DNA of 64,000 nt from an uncultured Muribaculaceae bacterium (GTDB lineage: Bacteria > Bacillota_I > Bacilli_A > RF39 > UBA660), in NCBI GenBank assembly GCA_964384115.1, contig CAYLJU010000003.1, forward strand, positions 7,375-71,374, given 5' to 3'. The number at the start of each line of letters is the position of its first letter. Within the stretch, counting starts at the first letter, position 1. A program made the translations under genes and the position numbers. Below, piece after piece: positions 46,968 to 57,830 of the stretch. Under the pieces are notes generated by a model. It ran no database searches, was not told where the DNA came from, and was given only the letters and a program-made list of their open reading frames with translations.

Positions 46968-48743
46968 TTAACTAACAGTACCTGATGATTGCCCCTCCTG
47001 GAGGTTGGTCACCCCACGTCCCTCACTTGTCTGGTGTCTTACAAGCCGCGAGCCGACATAATCATTAAAGATATTAGAATCACTATGAGCAAGAGAAAGC
47101 CAAAGGCCACTATCATTATCAGAACCAAAAAAACCACCGGCCACTAGAATCTTTTCACCAGATAATTGATAATAAGCATCTTTTATACTTGCATTATAAT
47201 CTGTATCTGTCATATCACTTGTTACAGCCGTAGGTAATCCTATTAATGGATTACTACTATCATAACCTATTTTAGTTACATATCCGTCCCCATTTGCATT
47301 AACATAACCTAAAGGTTTATAATCTCCATCAAAAGTATCAGACCAATATGTTCTAAAATCATAATTTATATATGCTTGATAATCTTTTATATTTATGCCA
47401 TCAATAAATTCAAATACATTACCAAATATATCTTCTATTCCTCTATATATCATACTATGTGCGCCATCATTAACTAAACAACCAGAATTCATTCCAAGTT
47501 CATCAGTTCCACCCATTGTAACTACGCTATCTGCATTTACTACACCCATTCCTAGTTTTACTTGAGCATCATAATCAGCATATTCAACTAAATATAACAT
47601 TTGAAGTACAAAGTAATGATAATCCATTATCGAAAATTCGCTTCCTAAGGTTGAAGCACTTTCTCTAAACACACCTATTGATCCTTTAACTGAAGGAATT
47701 GCGCCACTTACAGATCTTCCCCTAAATACATCAATAGGCATCGTAACCATCAACTCAGTTTTAGCATCATTACTATTTGATATAGAAGTACCAGCATTAC
47801 TTTTACACATCTTGTATCTTCCAACACTAAAAGGTTCTGAATAACTATATCCTTCTAATTCATATTTTGATATATATTGATATTCTATACCATCAACTAC
47901 TTCTCTTTTGTAATAAAAACCAGGTATAAATGTTAATACTTCTCCATTACCTCCACCAAAATTAAAATTTGAATCCCCATACCATGCAGTTATTTTCCTA
48001 TTATAAGCATCATAATTATAACTTTTAATATCACTCCATGGATAAATATCATCAAAATCATTTACAACATCATCACCAGTTGCAGTATTAACAGCACCAT
48101 CAGCTGGCAAATAAGCATTTGCTACAAGTCCTACACTATCTGCTACCCTAGTCCATTCACTACTAGTAGAATTAGTATCACGACTTACACCATAAACATA
48201 TATTTTTTCTGCTTGTTTAGCTGCAATTGTAACATTTATAGTTATATTTTGACCTGAATGTTCTATATCTAAATCATTATAATTTCCACTATCATATGGC
48301 CACTCCCAGTAAATAGTATGTGTTTTTTCCATAGTACCAGTTACATCCAAATAACCATTTATTTTATTTGTATATATATCAAGTACTTGTGTTTTACCTT
48401 CATCTAAATAAAAAATCATATTTTCAGGTACCGTAGATGTATTAAAACTAATTGAATACTCAATACTAGTATCAGACCCAGTTCCTTTAGCAACTAAATC
48501 AAAACTACCTTTATCTCCAGGTACAATCACACGATTACTTGAACTAGGCGATTCAATAGTATCATATAAATCAACAGTTGTAAAAGATACATCATTATAG
48601 AGTACATCAAATATAAATGCACCAGCATTACCAGTTATAGTTCCATTTACTACCCTCATATAATAAGCATATGAACCAATAAATATTAAAACAAAACCTA
48701 ATATTGTAAATGTTATACCTAATAATTTTAAATTTTTTTTCAT
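46968..48743 (-). CDS. large secreted protein: SipW-cognate-like signal peptide, N-terminal domain paralogous to 31090-31683, C-terminal region with weak FGE-sulfatase/C-type-lectin-like resemblance
   Basis: 591 aa. N-terminal TM followed by GSYAYY. The first ~190 aa are collinear with the 31090 protein. The C-terminal GGFFGS...GSRLV segment resembles the GGSW...GFR end of FGE-type domains (weak). Confidence 0.5.
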   Translation of the reverse strand: MKKNLKLLGITFTILGFVLIFIGSYAYYMRVVNGTITGNAGAFIFDVLYNDVSFTTVDLYDTIESPSSSNRVIVPGDKGSFDLVAKGTGSDTSIEYSISFNTSTVPENMIFYLDEGKTQVLDIYTNKINGYLDVTGTMEKTHTIYWEWPYDSGNYNDLDIEHSGQNITINVTIAAKQAEKIYVYGVSRDTNSTSSEWTRVADSVGLVANAYLPADGAVNTATGDDVVNDFDDIYPWSDIKSYNYDAYNRKITAWYGDSNFNFGGGNGEVLTFIPGFYYKREVVDGIEYQYISKYELEGYSYSEPFSVGRYKMCKSNAGTSISNSNDAKTELMVTMPIDVFRGRSVSGAIPSVKGSIGVFRESASTLGSEFSIMDYHYFVLQMLYLVEYADYDAQVKLGMGVVNADSVVTMGGTDELGMNSGCLVNDGAHSMIYRGIEDIFGNVFEFIDGINIKDYQAYINYDFRTYWSDTFDGDYKPLGYVNANGDGYVTKIGYDSSNPLIGLPTAVTSDMTDTDYNASIKDAYYQLSGEKILVAGGFFGSDNDSGLWLSLAHSDSNIFNDYVGSRLVRHQTSEGRGVTNLQEGQSSGTVS

Positions 48744-48885
48744 ATCACTATTCTCCTACCATACATATTAATTTTATAATATAAATTAATTTAATTCAAG
48801 GTTAAAATTATAAATTTTAATTATCAAGTAATAGATTTTATATATTAAAATAGTGATTTAAAAAAATAATATTCAGTTTTCTATC

Positions 48886-49812
48886 TTATTTTGTATTAAT
48901 TTGTTCATTATTTACAACAAAAACAACATCTTTTACATCATAATTATCTTTAACTGATAAAGATATTGTGTATATTACTTCTTCTAGTATTTTAGAATTT
49001 TCAATATCGTCAAATATATAATTATTAAATGTAAGTGTTAATATATCATCCATATTTGTTGCTTCTAATAATTTTGTATTACTATTTAGAAAACTTAATA
49101 GATTCGTATTATATGTAGTAGTACTTGTTAATTCATCAATAATAATTGATATTTTTTCTCTATCATCGTTTACATATTTAGTAACTGGAACATAGTAATA
49201 GTCATTATTATTTTTACTTATATAATATATATTTACTGATTCAACATTTTTATAATTTTCAATGTCATAGATTCTATTTACACCATAACTTCTATCTAAT
49301 AAAGATGGCAGAAATCTTCCACTTGGTAAACATGTTAATATTTCGCCTTCAACATATAAAATTACACCTTTTACATCATCTATTGATGTTAATGTGTATA
49401 CTATACTTGATATCATATCTTCTTCATTTTCAACATTTATTTCTAGTAATTCTTTACTAAAATTAACTTTAAGAATATTATCTACATAATCAATACTTAA
49501 TACTCTTGTATCACTTGGAATAATTGCTCTAAAGCCATTTGGTACAAATTCATTAAATGTTCCTTCTACTGTAAGAATTGATAATAATTCTTTAGCTTTT
49601 GCGATTGTATCTTTGCCTGAAACTGGAACATTTGTTAAGCCTACATAATTATATTTGTCTAATAAATATATATCATTGAAAACAAGATTTTCTTTAGTAT
49701 AACTTAATTCTTGATTAAATTTTTCTTCTTTTGGTATTAAATAAATAAGTGTCATTGCAAATAATGCACATAATGATACTAGTATTTTTCTTATTGACAT
49801 TTTATAAAACAT
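48886..49812 (-). CDS. gerM: GerM-like sporulation/germination protein with two GerMN domains
   Basis: Signal/TM N-terminus and two repeats of a GerMN-like pattern (VYTLTSIDDVKGVILYVEGE; VIYTISLSVKD...DVVFVVNNE). Confidence 0.5.
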   Translation of the reverse strand: MFYKMSIRKILVSLCALFAMTLIYLIPKEEKFNQELSYTKENLVFNDIYLLDKYNYVGLTNVPVSGKDTIAKAKELLSILTVEGTFNEFVPNGFRAIIPSDTRVLSIDYVDNILKVNFSKELLEINVENEEDMISSIVYTLTSIDDVKGVILYVEGEILTCLPSGRFLPSLLDRSYGVNRIYDIENYKNVESVNIYYISKNNNDYYYVPVTKYVNDDREKISIIIDELTSTTTYNTNLLSFLNSNTKLLEATNMDDILTLTFNNYIFDDIENSKILEEVIYTISLSVKDNYDVKDVVFVVNNEQINTK

Positions 49813-49858
49813 ATTATCACCTATTCAAATATATGAAAAAAGCACATTTTTATGTGCT

Positions 49859-50062
49859 TTACAAAGAAATTTCTCCAAGTTTTAGTAATTCAACAACTGC
49901 ACTAGCTCGGCCTTTTACGCCAAGTTTTTGCATAACATTAGAAATATGATTTCTTACTGTTTTTTCACTTATTTTAAGATTTAGTGCGATTTCAGATGTT
50001 GTTTTATTTTCTATTAATAATTTAAAAACCTCGCGTTCTCTTTTTGTTAAAATACTTTTCAT
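49859..50062 (-). CDS. gerE: GerE-family LuxR-type HTH transcriptional regulator
   Basis: 67 aa consisting only of a LuxR-type HTH (LTKREREVFKLL...SEIALNLKISEKTVRNHISNVMQKLGV). Confidence 0.75.
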   Translation of the reverse strand: MKSILTKREREVFKLLIENKTTSEIALNLKISEKTVRNHISNVMQKLGVKGRASAVVELLKLGEISL

Positions 50063-50104
50063 GCCTTTCCCTCACTTCCCTCTTCGGGTGGTTTATATTC
50101 ATAT

Positions 50105-50133
50105 TATTTTATGTACAAATATAAATTTTTGTG
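50105..50133 (-). promoter_or_regulatory. sigma-K-type promoter upstream of gerE (AC -17- CATAAAATA)
   Basis: On the minus strand the sequence cACaaaaatttatatttgtaCATAAAATA matches the SigK consensus AC-16/17-CATA---TA. gerE is sigma-K dependent in Bacillus. Confidence 0.4.
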
Positions 50134-50144
50134 AAGCATATAAC

Positions 50145-52025
50145 CTATTTTTCTATTATTTTATAGTAATCGTATTTTTGAACTAACGATGATGCTACAA
50201 AGGCATTTCTTACATAATTATTTATTTCATTTACATAGTCATTATCAACATTACATGGTGTATTACATGTAAATTTATTTTTAGTTGCTTCATATTTTCC
50301 ATTTTTATTTATCCAACTGTAATCACTGAATATTACGAGACCATCATTTTCTGATAATATATCTTTTCCTATTAATAATCTTGAATCATATTCAAATCCA
50401 AATAAATTTAATACTGTTGGTAACACATCTACTATTGATGAATAGTTATCTATTTGTACTTTTTCATCATCACTATTCCATATTATTAAACTACTATGGT
50501 GAAGTAGAAAATCATCTGTTTTATCTTCATCACTTCTTAGATTTAATTTATCTAATCCTATGCTATTTAGATAATATGGATAATGATCTGGTGTTATTAC
50601 AAATACAGTATCTTCTAATTTTCCTTTTTTTTCTAATTCATTTACTATATATTCAAGTCCCTTATCTAAATCTATATTAGCTGATAAGTATAATTTTAAT
50701 TCTTCTGGGTAATCATAATCTTTAACATAGTCATAATATTTTTGGGCGACTTTGTTTTTATCATATTTATAAACTCCATGAGCACTTAATGTGACATAAT
50801 GAACAAAGAAATTGTCATCGTCTATATATTCGCTTATGGTATTTTTAAACATTTCTTCATCACTTGCATGGAAAAAATCACCCATTTTACAATCTTTTAC
50901 GATTCCGTCTTCACAGAATTTATATGTATCAAATCCCAAATTTTTAAAATATTCTTTTCGTTCATAAAAGTAACCATAATAATTATGATATGCATATGTA
51001 TTATAATTTTCTTTATTAAACATACTTACTAACATATAAGGATTACTGTTATTCATTGATGCTTTTAAATTAGATTCATTATCAGCCTTTGGTAATAATC
51101 CCCAATCAGCCATATATTCGCCATCACTTGTACTTTTTGAATAAAGTGGTGTGTAATAGTTTGTAAAATTAAAGCCTTCTGTTGTCATTTTATAAAGTGT
51201 TGGTGTAAGTTCTTTATCTATTGCAATTGGATATAGAGATTCTGCTAATATGTAGATAACATTTTTTCCTTTATATTTACCTGTATATTCGTTTTTCAAT
51301 GTTGCTTTATTATTTTTAAAATAATCATTTAATTCATTTATTTTTTTATTTTTAGTTATTTGAAAATCAATATTTGTAATATTATATGAGTCATCATATG
51401 TTATATTTTTAGCAGGATATACTGTTTCATTTATACCAAATATTGTTCTTTGAATGTCTAATCTTACTTCTGTTAATACACCTATTTTTTGAGTTATCAT
51501 TAATGGTTGAGTAAGATTATAATATAAATTATAATTTGAATATATTTCATTTTTACCTATTAATAAATATAGGATGAATATTATATATGTTGCTAGTGAA
51601 TATAATAGATTTTTATAATTTATTTTTCTTTCAAAATCAATTTTTTTATTAAATATTATTAATAATATGAATGGTAATAATAGTAATAAAAATGAATACC
51701 AGTTTTTTATTATATAATTTATTATATTTTCATATCCTGTTACGGCATCTCCGGCCATTGTTAATGAGGCAACAGAACATACAAATCCTAGCATTTTATA
51801 ATAGATAAATTGTAATTCATATATAAATGTTATTATAAAAAAAAGTGTATAAAATATAATTTTATTAACTTTTTTATTAAATAAATTTTTTATAAAAATT
51901 AGTATAAAAGATATAAATAGACATGATAGAACAGGACCAATTATATTGATGTCATAAAATGCAAATATGTGATAAACAATTTCTAAATAAATAATTGCTA
52001 GAACTATATAAAAGTCCTTTTTCAT
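50145..52025 (-). CDS. LTA-synthase/sulfatase-family membrane protein (LtaS-like polyglycerolphosphate transferase family)
   Basis: Five N-terminal TM helices followed by an extracellular sulfatase/alkaline-phosphatase-superfamily domain. 626 aa. Confidence 0.65.
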   Translation of the reverse strand: MKKDFYIVLAIIYLEIVYHIFAFYDINIIGPVLSCLFISFILIFIKNLFNKKVNKIIFYTLFFIITFIYELQFIYYKMLGFVCSVASLTMAGDAVTGYENIINYIIKNWYSFLLLLLPFILLIIFNKKIDFERKINYKNLLYSLATYIIFILYLLIGKNEIYSNYNLYYNLTQPLMITQKIGVLTEVRLDIQRTIFGINETVYPAKNITYDDSYNITNIDFQITKNKKINELNDYFKNNKATLKNEYTGKYKGKNVIYILAESLYPIAIDKELTPTLYKMTTEGFNFTNYYTPLYSKSTSDGEYMADWGLLPKADNESNLKASMNNSNPYMLVSMFNKENYNTYAYHNYYGYFYERKEYFKNLGFDTYKFCEDGIVKDCKMGDFFHASDEEMFKNTISEYIDDDNFFVHYVTLSAHGVYKYDKNKVAQKYYDYVKDYDYPEELKLYLSANIDLDKGLEYIVNELEKKGKLEDTVFVITPDHYPYYLNSIGLDKLNLRSDEDKTDDFLLHHSSLIIWNSDDEKVQIDNYSSIVDVLPTVLNLFGFEYDSRLLIGKDILSENDGLVIFSDYSWINKNGKYEATKNKFTCNTPCNVDNDYVNEINNYVRNAFVASSLVQKYDYYKIIEK

Positions 52026-52026
52026 A

Positions 52027-54204
52027 TTATTCCTCCTTTTGTCCTAATCTTACTAATACTTCTCTTGGTTTTGATCCGTTGTTTGGTCCTACAATTCCTC
52101 TTTCTTCTAATATATCTATTGCTCTAGCTGCGCGATTATAGCCCAAACGGAATTTACGTTGTAATAATGAAGCACTTGCTTTTCCTTGTTCGACAACGAA
52201 TTCAACGATTTCATTATATAGTGGTTCATCATAATCATTTGAAGTATCAAAACTTGATTTTGCTCCCATTTCTTCTTCATCCATTAAGAATGTTTCATCA
52301 TAACGGGCTTTTTGTTGTCTTATTACATGATCTACAACTGCTGCTATTTCATCTTCTGATACGAATGTTCCTTGAATACGTGTTGGTGTACTATCTCCTA
52401 TTGGGAAAAATAGCATATCACCTTTTCCTAATAATTTTTCAGCGCCTGTTGCATCTAATATTGTTCTTGAATCAATACCACTTGATACGGCAAATGCTAT
52501 TCTAGATGGAATATTTGCTTTAATTAGACCTGTGATTACATCTGTTGATGGTCTTTGGGTTGCTACTATTAGATGGATACCAGCTGCACGTGCCATTTGG
52601 GTAATTCTCATTATTGAATCTTCTACTTCTTTTGCTGCAACTAACATAAGGTCTGCAAGTTCATCTATTATTACTACTATAAATGGCATTTTATGCATTT
52701 TTTGTTCTTCTGGTAATACTTTGTTTTGTTTTTCAATGTACATGTTATATCCGGCTATATTTTTATTACCAGTTCTTTCAAATTCATCATATCTTCTTTC
52801 CATTTCAGTTACAATTTTCTTAAGTGCTACATTAGCTTTTTTAGGATCTGTTACAACTGGTGTTAATAGATGAGGAACGCCATTATAACAACTTAGTTCA
52901 ACTTTTTTAGGATCTACTAGTACTAATTTTACTTCATCTGGTTTTGTTCGCATTAGTATTGATATTATGAAACTATTGATACATACTGATTTACCTGAAC
53001 CGGTTGTTCCTGATACTAATAAGTGGGGCATTTTATTTATTTCTGTTCCTTTTGGTAAGCCCATTATATCTTTTCCTAGCGCTACTAATAGTTTAGAGTC
53101 TTTATTTGGGAAATTTTCTAATACTTCTCTTAATAATACTCCGGTTAAATTTTTATTTGGTACTTCTACTCCGACGGTCTTTTTTCCTGGTATTGGTGCT
53201 TCAATTCTAACATCTTTAGCTGCCATTGCTAGGGCGATTTCTTTGTTTAATCCTAAGACTCTACTTACTTTTGTTCCTGATTTTATTTCTAGTTCATATT
53301 GGGTTACAGCTGGTCCACAATGATATGAAACAACTTTTGCGCCTTCAATTCCAAAATCTTTAAATACTTGTTCTAGTACAGGAATGTTTGATTTGGCGTA
53401 GACTTCATTTGTATTATCTTTTCCTTTAGCATTTTTCTTAAGTAAAGTAATTGGTGGATACATATATCCGCTTGTATCTATATTTTCTATTAATGGTTTT
53501 GGTTCCTTTGGTTCTTCTTTTGCTACTTTAACTTCGTCTAACGTTTTTACTATTTTTGGACCATTTTCAAATTCTTCTTCGGCTTCTTTTATTTCTTCTT
53601 TATCTTTTTTACGGTCTTTTAGAGAAATTATCTTTTTAAAGAATGTTGATATTCCTGTAAATACTTTTCCTATATTTACTTTAAATAGTATTATAATTCC
53701 TGTTATACAAATGATAGTATTTACGACATATAATCCTGTATAATCAAATAGTGATAATAGGATTGATGTAAATATTCCTCCTATTATACCTCCTCCTACA
53801 ACATAGTTGTATTCTGGTTTTTGGATATTATTAATAGCTGTTATAAAATTAGTATATGTATTATTCCATACTTGTTTTATTGTTTCTTCGCCACCTTTTA
53901 GATAGCTTGTATGCGCTAATACGAGTATTGATATCAATATTAAATATAGTCCCCACAATCTTGATGTAAAATATTTTGGAGTTGTTCTTTTTATTATTCG
54001 ATACATTCCATCTACAAATATTAAAGCTAGTAATACTTTACCATAAGATCCAGCTAAAAATGATGAAAATGCGACTATGGCTTTACCTATAATACCAAAT
54101 TCACCTATTCCTATAATTGCACATAAAATTAAAAATAATCCATATAGTTCAGTTTTATAACTTGTTTCTTTTTTTTCTTCTTTTTTCTTTTTACGTTTTG
54201 CCAT
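52027..54204 (-). CDS. ftsK: DNA translocase FtsK/SpoIIIE
   Basis: N-terminal TM domain, a Pro/Glu-rich linker, a motor domain with GTTGSGKS, and a C-terminal gamma winged-helix. Confidence 0.9.
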   Translation of the reverse strand: MAKRKKKKEEKKETSYKTELYGLFLILCAIIGIGEFGIIGKAIVAFSSFLAGSYGKVLLALIFVDGMYRIIKRTTPKYFTSRLWGLYLILISILVLAHTSYLKGGEETIKQVWNNTYTNFITAINNIQKPEYNYVVGGGIIGGIFTSILLSLFDYTGLYVVNTIICITGIIILFKVNIGKVFTGISTFFKKIISLKDRKKDKEEIKEAEEEFENGPKIVKTLDEVKVAKEEPKEPKPLIENIDTSGYMYPPITLLKKNAKGKDNTNEVYAKSNIPVLEQVFKDFGIEGAKVVSYHCGPAVTQYELEIKSGTKVSRVLGLNKEIALAMAAKDVRIEAPIPGKKTVGVEVPNKNLTGVLLREVLENFPNKDSKLLVALGKDIMGLPKGTEINKMPHLLVSGTTGSGKSVCINSFIISILMRTKPDEVKLVLVDPKKVELSCYNGVPHLLTPVVTDPKKANVALKKIVTEMERRYDEFERTGNKNIAGYNMYIEKQNKVLPEEQKMHKMPFIVVIIDELADLMLVAAKEVEDSIMRITQMARAAGIHLIVATQRPSTDVITGLIKANIPSRIAFAVSSGIDSRTILDATGAEKLLGKGDMLFFPIGDSTPTRIQGTFVSEDEIAAVVDHVIRQQKARYDETFLMDEEEMGAKSSFDTSNDYDEPLYNEIVEFVVEQGKASASLLQRKFRLGYNRAARAIDILEERGIVGPNNGSKPREVLVRLGQKEE

Positions 54205-54292
54205 GCTCGAACCTCCATTATTAAACTAATTATACCACATAAAAGTTGATATTTGAATAGTCTAATTATTAAAAATTATTATGTAATATTTA

Positions 54293-56059
54293 TTATTGAT
54301 TGTTTAATTCTTGTAAGAATTGTTTTAATTTTATTGCAACTTCTTTTGTTACTATTTTGCTTAAGTCTTCAATACTTGCTTCACTCATTTTTTTTAATGA
54401 TTTGTATTCTTTTAATAGTTCATCTCTTCTTTTTGGACCTATTCCTTCAATGTTATCTAGAATACTAGATAATAATCCTTTACTTCTTATTTGTTTATGA
54501 TAATTGATTGTAAAATTGTGAACTTCATCTTGCATTCTTTCTAAATACAAAAATAATAAACTATCATTTTTTATTTGTATTTCTTCTACCGGATCGAACG
54601 CTAATAACTTGTTTGTTCGGTGATGATCATCTTTTTTTAGTCCTACTACCATTATATTTAGATTTAGTGATTTTAATGTTTCTCTTGCTACATTTATTTG
54701 TCCTATACCACCATCTACTATTATTAAATCAGGCATTGTACTTTTTTCTATTAATAAGCGGTAATATCTTCTGTATATTACTTCTTTCATTGTTCCATAG
54801 TCATCATTTACATCTAATGTTATTTTAAATTTGCGGTAATCTTTTTTGCTTGGTTTTCCGTTTACAAATACTACCATTCCTGATACATTGAATTCGCCAA
54901 ATAAATTACTGTTATCAAATATTTCGATTCTTTCTAGTTTTTTTAGGCCTAATTTTTCTTTTAATTCATTATTTGCGCCTTCTGTTCTTTCTTCGTCTTT
55001 TTTGATTAATTCGTATTTTTCATTTAGTGATATTTCAGCATTTTCATTTGCCATCATGACTAATTTTTTCTTTATTCCTTTGCTAGGTTTTTCTATATTT
55101 ATGTTTAAATATGATTTTATGCTTTCATCTACTATTTCTGGTGCGATTATTAAATTTGGTTTTATTACACCGCTTTCATAGAATGTTGCAATATAATTTG
55201 TTAATTGTTCACTTACTTCGTCTATTAATGGAACGATTGTTTTGTGTCTTTCAACTATTTTACATCCTCTTATAAATAATACTTGAATTGCTAGGTATCC
55301 TTTGCTTTCATAATAGCCAAATACATCGATATTTCGTTTATCATTTATTTCTACTTTTTGTTTAGTTACTGTTATATTGATACTGTCTAGTAAGTCTTTT
55401 AATTCTTTTGCTTTTTCATAATGCATTAGACTACTTTCATGGTACATTTCTTGTTCTATTTTTTTTGTTACTATTGTGTAATCACCGTTAAAAAAACTTA
55501 TTATTTCATTTATCATAAGATCTATTTTTTCTTTTTCTACTTTATTTGTGCAGTATCCTAGACATTCACCTATATGGTAATATAGGCATGGTTTTTTGGG
55601 AAATGTGTTACATTTTTTTAATGGATAAATTCTATTTAACATATTTACGGTTTCTCTTGCGGCTTTAACATTGGGGTATGGTCCAAATAATTTGCCTTTA
55701 TTTTTTTTTCTGCTTATGCTTCTTACAATCATTAATCTTGGATATTTTTCATTTGTTATTTCAATGTATGGATAACTTTTATCATCTCTTAATAAAATAT
55801 TATACTTTGGATCATATTTTTTTATTAAGTTTATTTCAAGAATTAATGCTTCTTCATTAGTTCCAACTACTATATATTCAAAATCCACTATTTCACTTAC
55901 TAATTTAGCTGTTTTTCCTGTATGGGTTCCATGAAAATAGGAACTTAATCTGTTTTTTAGATCTTTTGCTTTTCCTACATATATAATGCTTCCGTTTTTA
56001 TCTTTCATTTGATAAGATCCTGGTAAATGTGGCACTAGTGCTAGTTTTTCTTTTATCAT
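54293..56059 (-). CDS. uvrC: excinuclease ABC subunit C
   Basis: N-terminal GIY-YIG (GSYQMKDKNGSIIYVGKA), a UvrBC-interaction region, a C-terminal RNase H-like endonuclease and a (HhH)2 domain. Confidence 0.9.
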   Translation of the reverse strand: MIKEKLALVPHLPGSYQMKDKNGSIIYVGKAKDLKNRLSSYFHGTHTGKTAKLVSEIVDFEYIVVGTNEEALILEINLIKKYDPKYNILLRDDKSYPYIEITNEKYPRLMIVRSISRKKNKGKLFGPYPNVKAARETVNMLNRIYPLKKCNTFPKKPCLYYHIGECLGYCTNKVEKEKIDLMINEIISFFNGDYTIVTKKIEQEMYHESSLMHYEKAKELKDLLDSINITVTKQKVEINDKRNIDVFGYYESKGYLAIQVLFIRGCKIVERHKTIVPLIDEVSEQLTNYIATFYESGVIKPNLIIAPEIVDESIKSYLNINIEKPSKGIKKKLVMMANENAEISLNEKYELIKKDEERTEGANNELKEKLGLKKLERIEIFDNSNLFGEFNVSGMVVFVNGKPSKKDYRKFKITLDVNDDYGTMKEVIYRRYYRLLIEKSTMPDLIIVDGGIGQINVARETLKSLNLNIMVVGLKKDDHHRTNKLLAFDPVEEIQIKNDSLLFLYLERMQDEVHNFTINYHKQIRSKGLLSSILDNIEGIGPKRRDELLKEYKSLKKMSEASIEDLSKIVTKEVAIKLKQFLQELNNQ

Positions 56060-56096
56060 AAAGACACCTCTAGATAATTATAACATAAAAACAGAA

Positions 56097-57155
56097 CTAT
56101 ATTGTTCTGTTTTCGCGATTTGTTAATAATTTTGCTATTATTCCAAATCCATATAAAATGCTTATTAAACTTACAAGTGTTCCTATATATGGTACATATG
56201 TTAAAAGTAAAACTGATGTTATTCCAATTAATCCAGCTAAGTAATCATTTTTAACTTTTTTAATTACTTTTTCGGTTATTATTGTTCCTAATATATATCC
56301 TGATACAATTGTTGTTATATATATGAAGATAATATATAGCGCAAGTAGGATAATGCCTACGCTTAATCCGATATTAGATATTAATAATAAAAGTGCGATT
56401 ACTGGGAATAAAAACATTGCTATTATTCCTGTTCCGGCTGTTACTAGATGATCTGTTATTGTTCTAAATGCATATTTTTCTTTTATATTTTTTAATAATT
56501 TAGGGAAAGCAAATGTAATTATTAGGAATAAGAATAAATATCTAAGTAGACTATATCCTACTGATATTATTTTTTCTTTAATTGTTAATGTGTTTTCATT
56601 TTTCATTAATTCTATTTCTAGATTATCTATTCCTGTTGTTTCTATTCCTTCATAATGGTATAGTTTTCCTTCTATTTTGGCATTTTTTACTTCTAGTTTT
56701 GTTCCATAAAATTTAATATTTCCTTTTATGCTAGCTGTTTCTTCAATTATAAGGTTTTCTGATGCTATATAAATATTTCCGTCTATATTTCCTGTTATTT
56801 TAACATCTTGTCCTGCTACATATAAGTCTCTATTTACAACACCATTAATTGTTATACTTGCGCCGGCTGCGAATAAATCTTTTGTTGTTGTTCCGTTAAA
56901 ACGAATATTTTGACCTGCTACTGCTCCAAATAGAGTGTTTGAATTTACTTCGACGTCTGCTCCTGCTACAAAGCCAATTCCATCATATTTTCCTTCTGCG
57001 ACAACGTTTTCACCTGACTCATAAAGGTTGGAGTCTTTTATTTCATCTTGCATGTCTAAATTTTCTTCTGCACTTACCGTAAATATACTAAATAAGCAAA
57101 TTATTATTGTTAAAAATATTTTTTTCATTTTATCCTCCATAAATAATTTTATCAT
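56097..57155 (-). CDS. membrane protein with signal peptide, beta-helix-like repeat region (bactofilin/DUF4097-like GxxVxG repeats) and C-terminal multi-TM domain
   Basis: Repeats such as GADVEVNSNTLFGAVAGQNIRFNG and AAGASITINGVVNRDLYVAGQDVKITGNIDGNIYIAS, followed by 4-5 TM helices. Confidence 0.35.
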   Translation of the reverse strand: MIKLFMEDKMKKIFLTIIICLFSIFTVSAEENLDMQDEIKDSNLYESGENVVAEGKYDGIGFVAGADVEVNSNTLFGAVAGQNIRFNGTTTKDLFAAGASITINGVVNRDLYVAGQDVKITGNIDGNIYIASENLIIEETASIKGNIKFYGTKLEVKNAKIEGKLYHYEGIETTGIDNLEIELMKNENTLTIKEKIISVGYSLLRYLFLFLIITFAFPKLLKNIKEKYAFRTITDHLVTAGTGIIAMFLFPVIALLLLISNIGLSVGIILLALYIIFIYITTIVSGYILGTIITEKVIKKVKNDYLAGLIGITSVLLLTYVPYIGTLVSLISILYGFGIIAKLLTNRENRTI

Positions 57156-57245
57156 TTTTTTATTTTAAAGTCTATATTTGAATAATATATATTTAAAATT
57201 GATGATTTCAATTTTAATTATTTAATTATATGTGTTATAATTATT

Positions 57246-57830
57246 TTGGTGATTTTTTTGAACACTATAATTTTTAATAAAAATGAAATTGTTATTAATA
57301 AATCTAGGTTTATTACTTTAATATATAATGTTAATGGTAAAGATGATGTAAATAATATTTTAAATAAAATTAAATGTGATTATCCAAATGCTACTCATTA
57401 TGTTTATGCTTATATTATTGATGGAATTATGTATGCTACTGATGATAAGGAACCTAGTGGTACTGCGGGAAAACCTATTTTAAATGTTTTGGTACGAAAT
57501 AATTTAAATCATATTTTATGTGTTGTTGTTAGGTATTTTGGTGGTATAAAATTAGGTGCTGGTCCGCTTACTAGAGCTTATTCTAATTGTGCTAGTGAAG
57601 TTATTAATAGTTCGAAGATTGTGGTGTTTGAAAAGGGTTTTTTAATTAAGTTGATAACTGATTTTAAAGGAATCAATAATCTTCCTAAGATAAAGATGAA
57701 TATTGTTGATAAAATTTTTGATAAAGATGTTATTTATACTATTGAAATTAATGAAAATAATTTGGAGATATTAAAAAATAATAATATTGGTAATATTGAA
57801 ATAATAAAAGAAATAGAGGTAGAAAAATGA
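57246..57830 (+). CDS. yigZ: YigZ/IMPACT-family protein
   Basis: KSRF...ATHYVYAY...DDKEPSGTAGKPIL...VVVRYFGGIKLGAGPLTRAY. Apparent TTG start. Confidence 0.7.
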   Translation: MVIFLNTIIFNKNEIVINKSRFITLIYNVNGKDDVNNILNKIKCDYPNATHYVYAYIIDGIMYATDDKEPSGTAGKPILNVLVRNNLNHILCVVVRYFGGIKLGAGPLTRAYSNCASEVINSSKIVVFEKGFLIKLITDFKGINNLPKIKMNIVDKIFDKDVIYTIEINENNLEILKNNNIGNIEIIKEIEVEK

